This document shows, one piece after another, positions 1 through 11,203 of a stretch of 64,000 bases of DNA. The first letter of the stretch is position 1. Each line of letters opens with the position of its first letter. Origin of the DNA: a virus; the IMG/VR virus record IMGVR_UViG_3300035669_000001, positions 13,901 to 77,900 of that record. One strand, written 5' to 3'. A model generated the notes under the pieces. The model searched no databases, was not told the DNA's origin, and was given only the letters and a program-made list of their open reading frames with translations. Position numbers and translations under genes: made by a program.

Positions 1-2
1 GT

Positions 3-1298
3 GACATCTCCTCCTGGACGCTGAAGGGCAGCCTCAGAGGTCCTCAGGGGGCCACAGGAGCCGCAGGAGCGACCGGGAGCACCGGACCCACTGGTGGTAC
101 TGGCCCTGCTGGTCCAACGGGCTCTACGGGCCCACAGGGCGTCAAGGGCGACCCCGGGAACACCGGTGCCACCGGCCCCCAGGGACCACAGGGTGTGATC
201 GGTCCTGCCGGTCCTCAGGGTGCCGAGGGTCCTGCGGGTCCGACAGGTCCCGCCGGCGGCGGCGGTACCGTCATCGACGCCTACAACGACATCTCGTCCC
301 TTCCTGGCTACCCCACCACCTTCCCGCCAGCCATCGGGGCCACCTCCACAACTGCTGTAGCTGGCAACGACACACGGCTCACCGACCAGAGGGTGCCGAC
401 CGACAACTCGGTCACCAACGCCAAGGTGCCAGTCGGTGCCGCCATCGCGGCCTCCAAGATCGCCGGTCTCGCCACGGTGGCCACCACTGGTGTCTACAGC
501 GACCTCACCAGCAAGCCAGCGCTGGCAACGGTGGCTACCAGCGGGGCCTACAACGACCTCTCCGGTAAGCCAGCGCTCGCTGCTGTCGCTACGTCAGGCT
601 CCTACACCGACCTGACCAATAAGCCGGCCGCTGTCCCCGAGTCCTTGCGGGGCAAGTCCCGGGCCTTCTCGGACCTGCTGGGCTCCAACAGCGGCAACTA
701 CGCCCCGTTCATCTCCGCTGCCATCGCCACCGGGACCCTGGCTGTCGCTGCTGCTCCTGCTGCCAACCACATGGGTGTCATCCGGATCACCAGCTCGACC
801 ACCACCAACTCCGGTGCCCGGATCCAGACCGACGTCAGTGCCATCCTGCTGGACGCAGGCGACTACGCCGAGTTCGTCTTCTCTATCGTCGCCACGGCCC
901 TCACCACGATCCGGTGCGGGTTCCTCGACACCACCAGCGTCACCGACACCACTGACGGTGCCTACCTGGAGATCGTGGGTACGACAGCGTCCTTCAAGAC
1001 CGCGAACAACAACACCAGGTCGACCGCGGGCGCCACTGCCACTGTGGCGGCAGCCACCTGGTACCGGGCCGAGATCGAGATGGTCACTGCTACCGACGTG
1101 AGGTGCCGTCTCTACAACTCCGACACCGGGGCAGTGGTGCTGGCTGAGCAGACGCTGACCACCAACATCCCGGTTGCGGCCGGGCGTGCCACCGGGATGG
1201 GGATCGTCGTCACCAACTCCGGTACCACGGCTATCGACCTGGTGGACGTCGACCTTCTGAACTACGAGCGCAAGGCCGGTCTGGAGCGGGTGCGCTGA
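3..1298 (+). CDS. Collagen-repeat fibre/minor tail protein, 5'-truncated by the window edge
   Basis: Frame is open from nt 3 ([19 protein letters not shown]...). Gly-X-Y repeats, then [17 protein letters not shown] repeats and a beta-rich C-terminal domain. Confidence 0.75.
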   Translation, partial: DISSWTLKGSLRGPQGATGAAGATGSTGPTGGTGPAGPTGSTGPQGVKGDPGNTGATGPQGPQGVIGPAGPQGAEGPAGPTGPAGGGGTVIDAYNDISSLPGYPTTFPPAIGATSTTAVAGNDTRLTDQRVPTDNSVTNAKVPVGAAIAASKIAGLATVATTGVYSDLTSKPALATVATSGAYNDLSGKPALAAVATSGSYTDLTNKPAAVPESLRGKSRAFSDLLGSNSGNYAPFISAAIATGTLAVAAAPAANHMGVIRITSSTTTNSGARIQTDVSAILLDAGDYAEFVFSIVATALTTIRCGFLDTTSVTDTTDGAYLEIVGTTASFKTANNNTRSTAGATATVAAATWYRAEIEMVTATDVRCRLYNSDTGAVVLAEQTLTTNIPVAAGRATGMGIVVTNSGTTAIDLVDVDLLNYERKAGLERVR

Positions 1299-2860
1299 TG
1301 GCCGGTTGGACAGCTGTCCCGGTCAAGGGGACCTTCGAGAACGCCGAGGGCATGCGCTCCGGCAAGTGGTCGGCAATTCTCGTCCAGAACGTCCTCAACA
1401 GTGACGCGGACGTGGTCCTCACCGCCGGCGAATGGGCCTCCGGGAAGCTCAACGTCACCCCAGGCTCTCCCAGCCTGGAGTTCGACGCACCGGCCCTGGA
1501 CGACCCGGCCAACTTTCCCAACGGCTTCGAGCTGGTCCTCCAGGTCTCCTTCGATAACGGGGGTCTGAGGTACAGGCTGCACCCGAGTGTTGACCTGCTC
1601 CCGGACGGTATCGACCTCTCCACGGTGGTGGTTCCCCAGGATCTTCCTGAGCTCTCTCCGCTGCTGGTGATGGGTGTCCCGAACGGATTGGCCACCCTGG
1701 GCGCTGATGGGCTCATCCCGGCCGACCAGCTGCCAGAAAGCGTTGGCGGCGTTGGCTACTCTGCGTACGACTTGGCTGTCCGGAACGGTTTTGAGGGCAC
1801 GTTGGCGGACTGGTTGATCTCCCTGGTGGGTGACCAGGGGCCACAAGGACCACAGGGGCCTCAGGGGGCTGTTGGTCCTAAGGGAGACGCTGGGAACACC
1901 GGTTCAGTAGGACCACAAGGTGCTCAAGGGACTACCGGAGGTACTGGTCCACAGGGACCGCAGGGCCTCAAGGGAGACGTCGGGGACACCGGTCCAGCAG
2001 GGCCACAGGGCCTTCAAGGGATTACCGGAGGTTCAGGGCTACAAGGCCCCAAGGGTGACAAGGGAGACGTCGGGGACACCGGTCCAGCAGGGCCACAGGG
2101 CTCTCAGGGTACGACCGGAGGCACTGGGCCTCAAGGACCGCAAGGCATCAAAGGTGACAAAGGTGATGTCGGTAATACCGGGTCGCAGGGGATACAAGGA
2201 CTCAAAGGTGACAAGGGTGATACCGGTACAACAGGAGCTACTGGGCCTCAAGGTCCGGTAGGCCCTGAAGGCCCCTCGGGTGCTTCTGGGTCTTCGCCTC
2301 GGCCATTCTCAGCCCAGTCAGACCAGTGGCAGAATCCTGTCAACCTGCAGACTCAGACAACTGGGACCCCAAACCAAGGCACGGTGTACCTGATGCCGTC
2401 CGATATAGGCCCGGTTGCGGCGGTTGTAAAAGGTCTAGGCTCTAACGTGTCCGTGGCGGCGGTGCTTGCCGCCGCCACCATTGTTGTTACGTATGGCATC
2501 TACAAGGACAACGGATCAGGTGGGGCGCCAGACTTTACACAACTGCTGGGCTCAGTCACCGTCGATCCGACCTCCACGGGCATCAAGCTAGGGTTGTTTG
2601 GCTCCCCACTCACTTTGCAGCCGGGACGCTATTGGGTGGCGTCACTGTATGTAGTTACTGGCAGCCCTACTACTGCACCATCCTTTACCTCTATTAGCAT
2701 TGCCAACACCAGCCTAGCGTTACCAGCAGCAACCGCTGTAGGGACAGTCAATAAAGCGTGGTTTATCTCATCACAAACGTCGCTACCGACGACTAACCCA
2801 CAAACGCTGGGCGTCTACGTCAACACTGCTGCACCCATCGTCGCGCTGAGATACAACTAG
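1298..2860 (+). CDS. Collagen-repeat fibre / receptor-binding minor tail protein
   Basis: SAYDLAVRNGFEGTLADWLISL motif followed by about 50 Gly-X-Y triplets and a beta-rich tip domain. TGATG coupling to the upstream gene. Confidence 0.8.
   Translation: MAGWTAVPVKGTFENAEGMRSGKWSAILVQNVLNSDADVVLTAGEWASGKLNVTPGSPSLEFDAPALDDPANFPNGFELVLQVSFDNGGLRYRLHPSVDLLPDGIDLSTVVVPQDLPELSPLLVMGVPNGLATLGADGLIPADQLPESVGGVGYSAYDLAVRNGFEGTLADWLISLVGDQGPQGPQGPQGAVGPKGDAGNTGSVGPQGAQGTTGGTGPQGPQGLKGDVGDTGPAGPQGLQGITGGSGLQGPKGDKGDVGDTGPAGPQGSQGTTGGTGPQGPQGIKGDKGDVGNTGSQGIQGLKGDKGDTGTTGATGPQGPVGPEGPSGASGSSPRPFSAQSDQWQNPVNLQTQTTGTPNQGTVYLMPSDIGPVAAVVKGLGSNVSVAAVLAAATIVVTYGIYKDNGSGGAPDFTQLLGSVTVDPTSTGIKLGLFGSPLTLQPGRYWVASLYVVTGSPTTAPSFTSISIANTSLALPAATAVGTVNKAWFISSQTSLPTTNPQTLGVYVNTAAPIVALRYN
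1971..2101 (+). repeat. 41-bp exact direct repeat within the collagen region (1971-2011 and 2061-2101)
   Basis: AGGGAGACGTCGGGGACACCGGTCCAGCAGGGCCACAGGGC occurs twice, 90 bp apart. Confidence 0.9.
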
Positions 2861-2868
2861 GAGAACTG

Positions 2869-3132
2869 ATGGGCACCAGGCAGACGACGATTACCGAGTT
2901 CCGGGACGGTGTTATGGTCCGAACTGTTCCAGTCACCTACGAGACCACCCCGGAGCAGGACAACGACGAGGCGATACGGGGACAGGCGGCGCAGGCTCTA
3001 GCGACCAACCGGACATTCATCGGTCTCGCATCTCCGACCAACGCGCAGGTAGTCGCGCAGGTCAAAGCGTTGTCACGACAGAACAACGCACTGATTCGGT
3101 TGGCACTCGGGCTTCTCGACGGTACCGACTAA
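2869..3132 (+). CDS. Small protein after the fibre gene (possible fibre chaperone)
   Basis: AGGAG RBS, 87 aa, helical C-terminus. Function inferred from position only. Confidence 0.55.
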   Translation: MGTRQTTITEFRDGVMVRTVPVTYETTPEQDNDEAIRGQAAQALATNRTFIGLASPTNAQVVAQVKALSRQNNALIRLALGLLDGTD

Positions 3133-3160
3133 CACCGTGGTCTGAGGACATACTTGACCT

Positions 3161-4663
3161 GTGACCCGCATCCACCTGGAGCGTCCTCCTCGTAACGACG
3201 AGGAGCTCTACGCACTGGTCAAGACGCTCTGGGGTGTCACCATCCCCCGTCACAAGGTCTGCGTGGAGCACAACGCCCCCTTCGAGGCCTTCAGTGACGC
3301 CTTCTTCGCCAGGCACCCCCAGGGGCTGATCCACGGCTCCCGTGGCCTCTCAGGCAAGAGTGTGCTGATGTCCACTCTGGGACAGACCGTTGCTGCCGTG
3401 CTGGGGGCTGACTGCAACATCCTGGGTGGGTCGCTGTCACAGTCAACAAACGTGATGGAGTCGATGCAGCGCAACTGGGAGTACGAGAACGCCCCCACCT
3501 ACATGCTCTCGGCCAACATGAAGACCGAGCAGAGGCTCACCAACAGGGCCAAGGTGAGGCCTCTCACGGCCTCCCAGAAGACCGTGCGTGGCCCTCACCC
3601 GGCACGTCTGCTGCTGGACGAGATAGACGAGATGGACCCGCTGATCCTCTCCGCTGCCAAGGGCCAGCCGATGCCCCAGAAGAACTGGCTGGGGGTGACT
3701 ATCCCTGCCCAGACCCTGATGGCCTCCACCTGGCAGTACCCGGACAAGACCTTCGCGGCCGAGTACAAGCGGTTCAAGGAGGAGGACATGCCCATCTACA
3801 CCTGGTGCTTCAAGGACTCCGCGAACCCTGTCGACGGCTGGCTCACAAGTGAGATCATCGAGCAGAAGCGCCGTGAGGTCTCCCGCGAGATGTGGCGGGT
3901 GGAGTACGAGCTCGGTGAGCCCTCCATCGGCTCGCGCGCGATCGACACCGAGAGCGTCGAGGCGATGTTCGACGTGGGCGCCCCAACCCCCTTGAAGTGG
4001 ACCCGCGAGCACCAGGAGTACCAGATCCTGCGCTACGCCCCTGATCGCGAGTACGTGGTGAGCGCCGACTGGGCCAAGGAGAACGACTGGACCGTGATCG
4101 GGGTCTGGGACGTCACCCAGACGCCCATCCGGCTGGCCTACTACGTCCGGCTGCAGCGCCGGCCCTACCCCTACATGATCGGCATCTTCAACGTGCTGAT
4201 GCAGCGCTACCACGCCGAGGGCATCCACGACAAGACCGGCCTGGGGGGCGTGGTGGCCGACTACATCGACGGGGACGCCCGGGGCTTCCTGATGACCGGT
4301 GAGAAGCGCGACAACATGCTGAGTGAGTTCGTGGCGGCGGTGGAGGCCAACAAGATCCGGGCCTCCCGCATCGATACCTTCTACACGGCCTGCAAGTACG
4401 TCAGCGTGGACGACCTCTACTCCCGGTCCAAGGAGTTCCACCTCCCCGACGAGGTGTGCTCGGCGGCACTGGCCTGGAAGATGGTCTCCTCGAGGTGGCC
4501 GGCGGTGACCCCCTACGCGGCCCCCAAGAACGACAACAACTGGATGGGCACCGCGGTCGAGACGAACTTCCAGACCGACTACATGGACTCCGCAGGCATC
4601 CGCAGGGAGGGTGAGGTGGCCGAGAAGGAGCCAGAGCTGGGCTTCTCCCTCACCGGGGTCTAG
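3161..4663 (+). CDS. terL: Terminase large subunit
   Basis: Walker A-like GSRGLSGKS, Walker B LLLDE, and RNase H-like nuclease VSADWAKENDWTVIGVWD. Confidence 0.92.
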   Translation: MTRIHLERPPRNDEELYALVKTLWGVTIPRHKVCVEHNAPFEAFSDAFFARHPQGLIHGSRGLSGKSVLMSTLGQTVAAVLGADCNILGGSLSQSTNVMESMQRNWEYENAPTYMLSANMKTEQRLTNRAKVRPLTASQKTVRGPHPARLLLDEIDEMDPLILSAAKGQPMPQKNWLGVTIPAQTLMASTWQYPDKTFAAEYKRFKEEDMPIYTWCFKDSANPVDGWLTSEIIEQKRREVSREMWRVEYELGEPSIGSRAIDTESVEAMFDVGAPTPLKWTREHQEYQILRYAPDREYVVSADWAKENDWTVIGVWDVTQTPIRLAYYVRLQRRPYPYMIGIFNVLMQRYHAEGIHDKTGLGGVVADYIDGDARGFLMTGEKRDNMLSEFVAAVEANKIRASRIDTFYTACKYVSVDDLYSRSKEFHLPDEVCSAALAWKMVSSRWPAVTPYAAPKNDNNWMGTAVETNFQTDYMDSAGIRREGEVAEKEPELGFSLTGV

Positions 4664-4722
4664 TTATCTGATCGTTATACGTCTCCCCTTCCATCCATTA
4701 CACGATCTGCGTAATGTGACGT

Positions 4723-5818
4723 GTGAGGTCAAAAAGAGGAGGCGTGGTGGCGACGAAGATCAAGGACAAGTACGCGACAGCCAGACCCGGCGATGCCGGC
4801 TACCTGGCGATATTCGTCGACACCGCGAAGAAGTTCTGCAACGTCTACGGTCCCTACCCCACCCGGGGAAAGGCTCAGACCCAGATCAACCGGTTCAGAC
4901 GGGACTGGGCCAAGGCGGTCGAGGAATCCGGTGCTGAGCCTCTGGGCCTACAGCATCTGATGTTCGTGCGTCCACTGCTCACCGAGGACATGTTCGGCAT
5001 CATCTCACCGAAGGAGGTCGGAGATGCAGGTCCTGGAGTGCCCTGACTGCCACCTGACGCTGCAGCGGGTCGAGGAGGTCACCGACAAGAACAAGACTGT
5101 CGGCACCACCCAGCTCTCGAAGCACTGCTTCGACTACCACACGCTGCCCCAGATCCACGAGATGCTGAGGTACACCGCGGACCTGGTGGCGCGCAAGCGC
5201 CTGTCGGTCGAGGACGTCAAGGGCGTGTTCGCCCTGAAGTGCCCCGGGTGCGGTAAGTGGGGTCCGCAGGACTCCTACCTGTACCTGAGGATGGGCAACC
5301 GCACCGTGCTGTGCTGCTCGGAGTACTGCCTGACCGTCGTCAAGAAGCGCATGCAGTGAGAGGGCGTCCACCGGCCGACTACGCGGTGACCTACCAGCGC
5401 AGGGCCGACAACCTGCGCGGTGCCTGGCTGGTGGAGATCACCGAGCCGTCCGAGGCCGAGAAGATCGCGCGCAAGATCAGGCGGGACGGTGGCTACGAGG
5501 CCAGGTTCTTCCGCCTTGACCCAGAACTGTCCGTACTAGCAGTGAGGACTGCTGATGTTCCTGAAGTTGACTGATCGAAATGGCGCGGTGGGCTGGTACA
5601 ACCTCAGCTCTGGCTGTGTGTTGCAACTGATCCCGACGAAGTTTCTTCCCGGAAAAGCCTATTGGGAGACCGGAGAGGAAGACGAGTACGTTCTTGGCAC
5701 CTTCATCTGTTGGGCAGTAGGGGTCGATGCGGTTGTCCAGGAGAGTGTTGACGAGATCATGGTCATGCTCAGCCGACCTCAGGCCATGATAAACGAGGGC
5801 AGGATGGCCTCGTGGTGA
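4723..5818 (+). CDS. Four small hypothetical genes (about 4744-5046, 5024-5359 Cys-rich, 5356-5574, 5555-5818)
   Basis: Overlapping start/stop coupling and GC3-rich codons. The 5024 product has CxxC motifs. Confidence 0.6.
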
Positions 5819-6294
5819 CCCTCGTGCTGGAGCCGCTGGTGTACTACACGGATGGCTCCTGCTGGCCCAACCCAGGCCCTGGTGGATGGGCAGTGGTGAA
5901 GGAGGTAGGCGAGGGTGAGTACGAGGCTGTGGGGGTCGGTTCTGCCATCCTCACGACCAACGTGCAGATGGAGGGCCAGGCGCTGATCGAGGCCATGGTC
6001 ATCACCTCGGGCCTGACAGCGGTGATCCACACGGACTCGCTGTTCTGGGTCCAGGCGATGACGGAGTGGGCGTCGGTCTGGGAGCGCAGCGGGTGGAAGA
6101 ACTCCAACCACGAGCAGGTCAAGAACCTGGTGATGGTCAAGCACCTGTGGGGCCTGTACCAGCGGGGCAACGTGGGCCTCAGGTGGGTGAGAGGCCACTC
6201 GGGCTTCGCCGGCAACGAGTACGCCGACCAGGTGGCAGATGCAGCACGCAGGGGCCGAGAGCCCTTCACACGACCAGAGATGAGGACGGCATGA
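5812..6294 (+). CDS. rnhA: Ribonuclease HI
   Basis: YTDGSCWPNPGPGGWA, TNVQME, HTDS, WKNSNHEQVKN and WVRGHSG..GNEYAD give the complete D-E-D-H-D catalytic set. Confidence 0.93.
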   Translation: MVTLVLEPLVYYTDGSCWPNPGPGGWAVVKEVGEGEYEAVGVGSAILTTNVQMEGQALIEAMVITSGLTAVIHTDSLFWVQAMTEWASVWERSGWKNSNHEQVKNLVMVKHLWGLYQRGNVGLRWVRGHSGFAGNEYADQVADAARRGREPFTRPEMRTA

Positions 6295-6886
6295 CGGCAG
6301 TAGTAGCCAAGCGCTGGCTCAGCGACCAGGTACTGGTCGCAAGTATCGAAGGACCCAACAACGTCTACTCCTCGGTAGTCAAACAGATGCTCGACCAGCT
6401 GGACTCCCTGCTCAAGGAGAGGCCACGTCCGGACGACGACCCAAGTCACACGATCGTCTTGGTGCATCCCTACCCGAGTCAGTTCTCCCGAGAGGTAGTG
6501 GTGTTCCGAGGTAACAGGACGGAGGTCATCCGTGAGCTGCAGCATCTTGCCGATGAGCTGAGGTACGAGATCTACCAGGAGGAGAAAGCATGACGATATT
6601 GGGGTCCAGGCAGATCGTTTCCAAGGAGGTGCTGATGAGGGGCTACGCGCCTGCCCAGGTGTGGGAGCAGGCAATCGGCAGGCAGCTGAGGAGCATGGAC
6701 GAGAAGGACAGGGAGCACCCAGGAGAGGTGGGGGACATCACGATCATGCTGATCCACCCCTCGGCGGATGTACCTGATGCTCACGAGGTCAGGATCTTGA
6801 GAGGGGACACCAGGGAGATGATCCATGAGCTCAAGGGCTTCGTGGACGACCTGGAGATGGACGCAATCGTAGGAGCCAAGAAGTGA
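6291..6886 (+). CDS. Tandem paralogous pair of hypothetical proteins (6291-6593, 6590-6886)
   Basis: Both share TIxLxHP...EVxxxRGxxxExIxELxxxxDxL. Confidence 0.7.
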
Positions 6887-9800
6887 GCTATGTCATCGGG
6901 AGGTTCTTCAACGGCCATCCCAACACCGTCTACGCGACCCCGTACCACACCCTGGAGGAGGCCCAGTACAAGCTCTCCCAGATCACCCCGCTGGGTGATG
7001 TGAGGATTTATGAGCTGGTGGAGCCTACCTTGCCTGCTCGTGAGCAGGATCTCGAGGACGAGGACACTACATTGCCTGAGGAGCACTAGGTGAGCGACAG
7101 GTCGTACAACTGGGTCATCGACCAGATGGGTCTGGACCCCCGAGAACCCCAGCCCAAGTACTTCGGGCTGCAGAGCGGGCACGAGTATCACACCATCGAG
7201 ATGGCCTCCCCACTAGGGCTGAAGATCTTCGGCTTCGGGTGGGACGAGGACTTCTGGTTCTACCGCAGAGGCTGGAAGGGGCACTTCGACCGGGTGGCCA
7301 ACGGCTACTGGGAGGACGGCGACCCCAACTGGTCGAGGGTCAGGAAGGAGATGCGGACGGTGAGTGACTGGAACCCCGCTGCTGCCTTCAAGATCCCGGT
7401 GGTGTGGTGAAGTTGTGAGCGTCTATGACCAGATGAGAGGCGAACTGTCAGATGCCCTGTACGGGGTATTTGATACCTCTCCCCAGTCGGTCCTGGTGAT
7501 GGCTGCGTTGCAGGTTCAGGCGATACAGGCAGAGGCCCTGGTGAGTATCGCCGAGACCTTGGCCAAGAGGGAGGAGCGGAAGACAAACCCGAAGCTCCGC
7601 ACCTTCGGGAAGGTGGGAGAGGTGGCCTGGACTCCTGACTTCCCGTCAGGAGTGGTCAAGCTGGCTGACATGGTGGTCCAGACCGAACTGGCTGACGAGA
7701 TCTACGGAGGTGACCCGACGCAGTACCACCGTCCCCAGGATCACAACAAGGGCAAGCGCGGGTACTTCCACATCGGGGACATCCATGAGTGCGACCGCTG
7801 CATCAAGGCAGCTACAGAGTCTCTACCGGAGGAGCAGGACAATGGCTGACCAGGACATCAGGGACACAGCGCCCAACCAGTGCCCGAGCGAGTTCGGGGG
7901 CTACACCGCCAAGGGCAACGGAGAGCCCCACGACCACAGGTGCGCCTGGGACGAGGGTCACCCGGGGCACCACAACTGCTACTGCGACGGTGTGGAGTGG
8001 AGCAACCTGGTCTGGACCCAGACAGGCAAGGTTCCGGTCCAGAGCATCAAGCTGGACGGCAGTGTGGTGACGGCATGATCGAGGAGGGTGAGGTCGTCGT
8101 GGTCTGGTGCTGGCAGTGCAAGCAGGACACCGCCCACGTCGTGGTCAGCAGCGGCGGGGAGATCACCCTGGCAGAGTGCGAGACCTGTGGTGCGGAGGAC
8201 GAGCTGTGAGTATCAGGACTTCGCCGTACTACTGGCTGGAGTGTGATGCACCAGGGTGTGGTGCGAACAGCACTGAGGGTGATGACTACACCGCCTACGG
8301 GACCGAGGAGGGCGCCAAGGAGCAAGCGCAGGACGCAGAGTGGAAGCTCATCGAGGATGGTCGGCACTACTGCTACGAGCACGCCATGTATGTCTGCATG
8401 GAGTGTGGTGCTCTCGACCTGACCGAACTGGCCGGGGAGCGTGACTACCTCTGTGTGTCGTGCTTCTCCAAGACCAGAGAGGTCGAGGAGGTGGCTTCCC
8501 CGTGAACCTCAACCTTCTGAGGCATGAGCACTACGCAGGAGAGCCTGCTGTGAGGAACGGCCGCACAGACCCCGTCCAGTGCTTCAAGTGCAAGCAGGCC
8601 TGGCCCTGTGCCACCCGGCTGCTGCTGGACGAGGTCGACAACCGGGACTACGAGATCAAGAGGTTCAGGGCTCTCCTGGAGGAGGCCGAGGTGGAGCAGG
8701 TGACACCACTGTGAAGACCTACGCCTACGTCACTGTGGAGCCCTCCTATGCCTGGAACGGCAACGTCACGGGCTTCAAGATGACCAAGATCCGCCAGAAC
8801 AAGCCTGCAGATGGACGGATCATCAAGGTCACCATGGAGCTGCCGGACAAGTTCTTCGACCCCGAGAACATCCAGGTGCAGGTCAGCGTTCCCGAGACTC
8901 CAGACCTCCCTGAGCCCAGTGCCACAGGTGAGGAGATGTATCTGACATGAGCGACCCTCCCTACGAGCAGGCTTCGGTCTACTGGGCGGCCTTTCTGGCG
9001 GCCTACAAGAGGGATCAGGTGGCGCTGATGGAGACTGTGCGTGAGCTGGGTGTTACTGACGCCATGGACCTCCAGCACATCTGTGTACGCATCACAGCGG
9101 CCTGTGAGGTCCAGATTCGGCTCAAGGTGAGGGAGGGCGAATGAGGTTCGTGATGCTGTCCCTGGAGATGCCCCTGCTGGACGAGTGGCGCGAGTGGCTC
9201 ACCCAGCACGGGCTGGTGCCAGACGACATTCCCAACGGCTCTGTGCTGTTGTGCGACGACGAGACAAGGACGGTCCAGGTGGAGGTGTACGTGCGGGACG
9301 AGAACGGCTACCTGGTCTCTGACGGCCGTGAGGGGGTCCTCAGTGACCTGAGGACAGTACAGCTGGAAGCGCCGGCGCTGTCCTTCCCCGGGGAGTCGTG
9401 ATGGAGATCGAGGTGCTCGGCTACCAGGAGATCGACTACTGGATAGCCCGCAAGCAGCCCGGCTACAACGTCTGCAACGCCGTGGTCAGGCACCGCCTGG
9501 GGGCCACTGCGCCCTGTGTGCTGGAGAGGGGCCACGAACAGCCCCACGAGGCCATCTTCATCGTGAGGTACGAGGGTGAGGCCAAGGAGAGGCTTGCTGA
9601 GGACGGCTACCCGGAGGAGGAGATGGGCACATGACCATCAACCCCTGGGGCTGGGCTGTGATAGGGCTCAACGTGGTCCTGGTGGTCCTGGTGACGATGG
9701 TGCTGCCCTTCTTCTTCGTCCGGAACGGGAGGCACCAGTGATTACTCCCGAGGGATACCAGATGGGGCCTGTGGTAGGGCACGTCTACTACTTGCGCTGC

Positions 9801-10271
9801 CTGAACTGCGGGATGACCATCGAGGACAACTCCAGCGGCCAGTGGACCTCGGTCCACACTGCCTGGCACGACCGGATGCTCGCCTACATCTCCGACATGC
9901 TCGGCGCCCTCAACACTCTCAAGGGAGACCAACGTGCCTAGTGCCATCACCTACACAGACGCCTTCGAGGTCAACGGCCAGAAGATCAAGACCTGCTCCT
10001 GCGGCGCCCTGGTCTTCGACACCTCCAAGCACACCAGCTGGCACAACGACCAGTTGTCCAAGGGACAGGAGTACCGCAGATGAGTGACCTCACCCTGGCC
10101 CAGGAGAACTCCGTACGCCTGGCTCAGAGGTGCGCCAGGCAGGCTATGTCCATCCAGGCTGTCCAGAGGGTTCACTACTCGTCCTTCACGGACCCGAACG
10201 GGCTCACGCTGTGTCACGAGGACGGACAGAAGTACCCCTGCACGACCATTCGACTGTTGGAGATGGAATGA
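6883..10271 (+). CDS. Array of about 15 small translationally coupled genes, many Cys/His-rich (6883, 7090, 7415, 7842, 8075, 8206, 8502, 8711, 8947, 9141, 9398, 9631, 9738, 9934, 10080)
   Basis: Near-continuous ATGA/GTGA overlaps, SD motifs and CxxC/His motifs. No recognisable function. Confidence 0.65.
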
Positions 10272-11203
10272 GAGCGTCGGTACAGAAGGCCTGGTACCCC
10301 TGGGCGGCAGAACACGAAGGTGTCTGTACCTGGATGTACCCGGATACCCATAGGACCAAGGACGGCAGGTGGGATCCCCTTCCCACCACCGGGATAGGCA
10401 CCCAGTTCGGCGAGGGGCCCGAGACCCAACGCAACGTCAACTCCTTCGGGCTGTCACTGCCCTGGAAGACTGCTACCGGCAACTACGTGCGTGAAAGTGC
10501 GATCGTCAAGGAGTGGGAGAGGCTGAGGGGATTAGGCCTGATCGGAAGCGGTTTCGCTTATGAGTCCAAGGCCAAGCTCTTCCTGGACCAAGATGTGGTG
10601 CAGTGGTGCTTCGAGACCGACACCATCCTCAAGTGGGCCTCTGCTGACAAGACCTTCCCTAACACAGAGACCTGGCCTGCCTCAGCACAGCTGGCCTTCA
10701 TGGACATGCTCTGGTGGATGGGGGCTTCCTTCTTCGAGTCCTGGCCCAAGCTGAGCGCGGCACTGCACAGTGAGGACTTCTTCACCGCGGCCAGGGAGTG
10801 TGTCTCGGTGGCCAAGGCTGACCGGGACTACGAGCACCAGCAGCTGTTCACCAACGCTGGCAAGGTCGTGGCTGCCTACATCGACAAGGAGCACCTCTGG
10901 ATGCCCAAGGACGTCGTGATACCGATCACTCCACTCGGAGCAGAGACCTACCCGGCTCTGGTGGTCATCAAGGCCTCCCAGATAGCCAACACCCCCACCA
11001 AGTTCAACCTCCAGGCCTGGTACGTCCAGCGGATGCTCAAGAGGCTGGGGTTCTACACAGGGGCTGTAGACGGCCTGTGGGGCTCTGTGAGCGCCAAGGC
11101 CATGAACGCCTTCGTGGTTGACGCCAAGCACACTGGCGGGCTCTCAGCGGCCAACCTCAAGCTGCTCAGTGCCAAGTCCCGGTTCTTCCTGGACGTGGTC
11201 TGA
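10268..11203 (+). CDS. Endolysin: T4-lysozyme/GH24-like domain plus C-terminal peptidoglycan-binding domain
   Basis: HEGxxxWMYPD...TTGIG catalytic-type motif and VQRMLKRLGFYTGAVDGLWG PG-binding motif. Start moved to the ATG at 10268 (ATGA overlap). Confidence 0.75.
   Translation: MRASVQKAWYPWAAEHEGVCTWMYPDTHRTKDGRWDPLPTTGIGTQFGEGPETQRNVNSFGLSLPWKTATGNYVRESAIVKEWERLRGLGLIGSGFAYESKAKLFLDQDVVQWCFETDTILKWASADKTFPNTETWPASAQLAFMDMLWWMGASFFESWPKLSAALHSEDFFTAARECVSVAKADRDYEHQQLFTNAGKVVAAYIDKEHLWMPKDVVIPITPLGAETYPALVVIKASQIANTPTKFNLQAWYVQRMLKRLGFYTGAVDGLWGSVSAKAMNAFVVDAKHTGGLSAANLKLLSAKSRFFLDVV

Noticed and set aside
1830-2290. Repeats that could be taken for a CRISPR array or a DGR template
   Set aside because: They are Gly-X-Y coding repeats. 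There is no spacer structure, no reverse transcriptase and no adenine-specific variation.
3161-4663. Intein or intron in the terminase (also checked in the helicase)
   Set aside because: Protein lengths are normal and no splicing motifs were seen.
10130-10267. Upstream extension of the endolysin ORF, and similar over-extended starts at 21543, 29695, 33059, 62172 and 62613
   Set aside because: They overlap other genes or regulatory RNA; downstream starts have coupling or an RBS.
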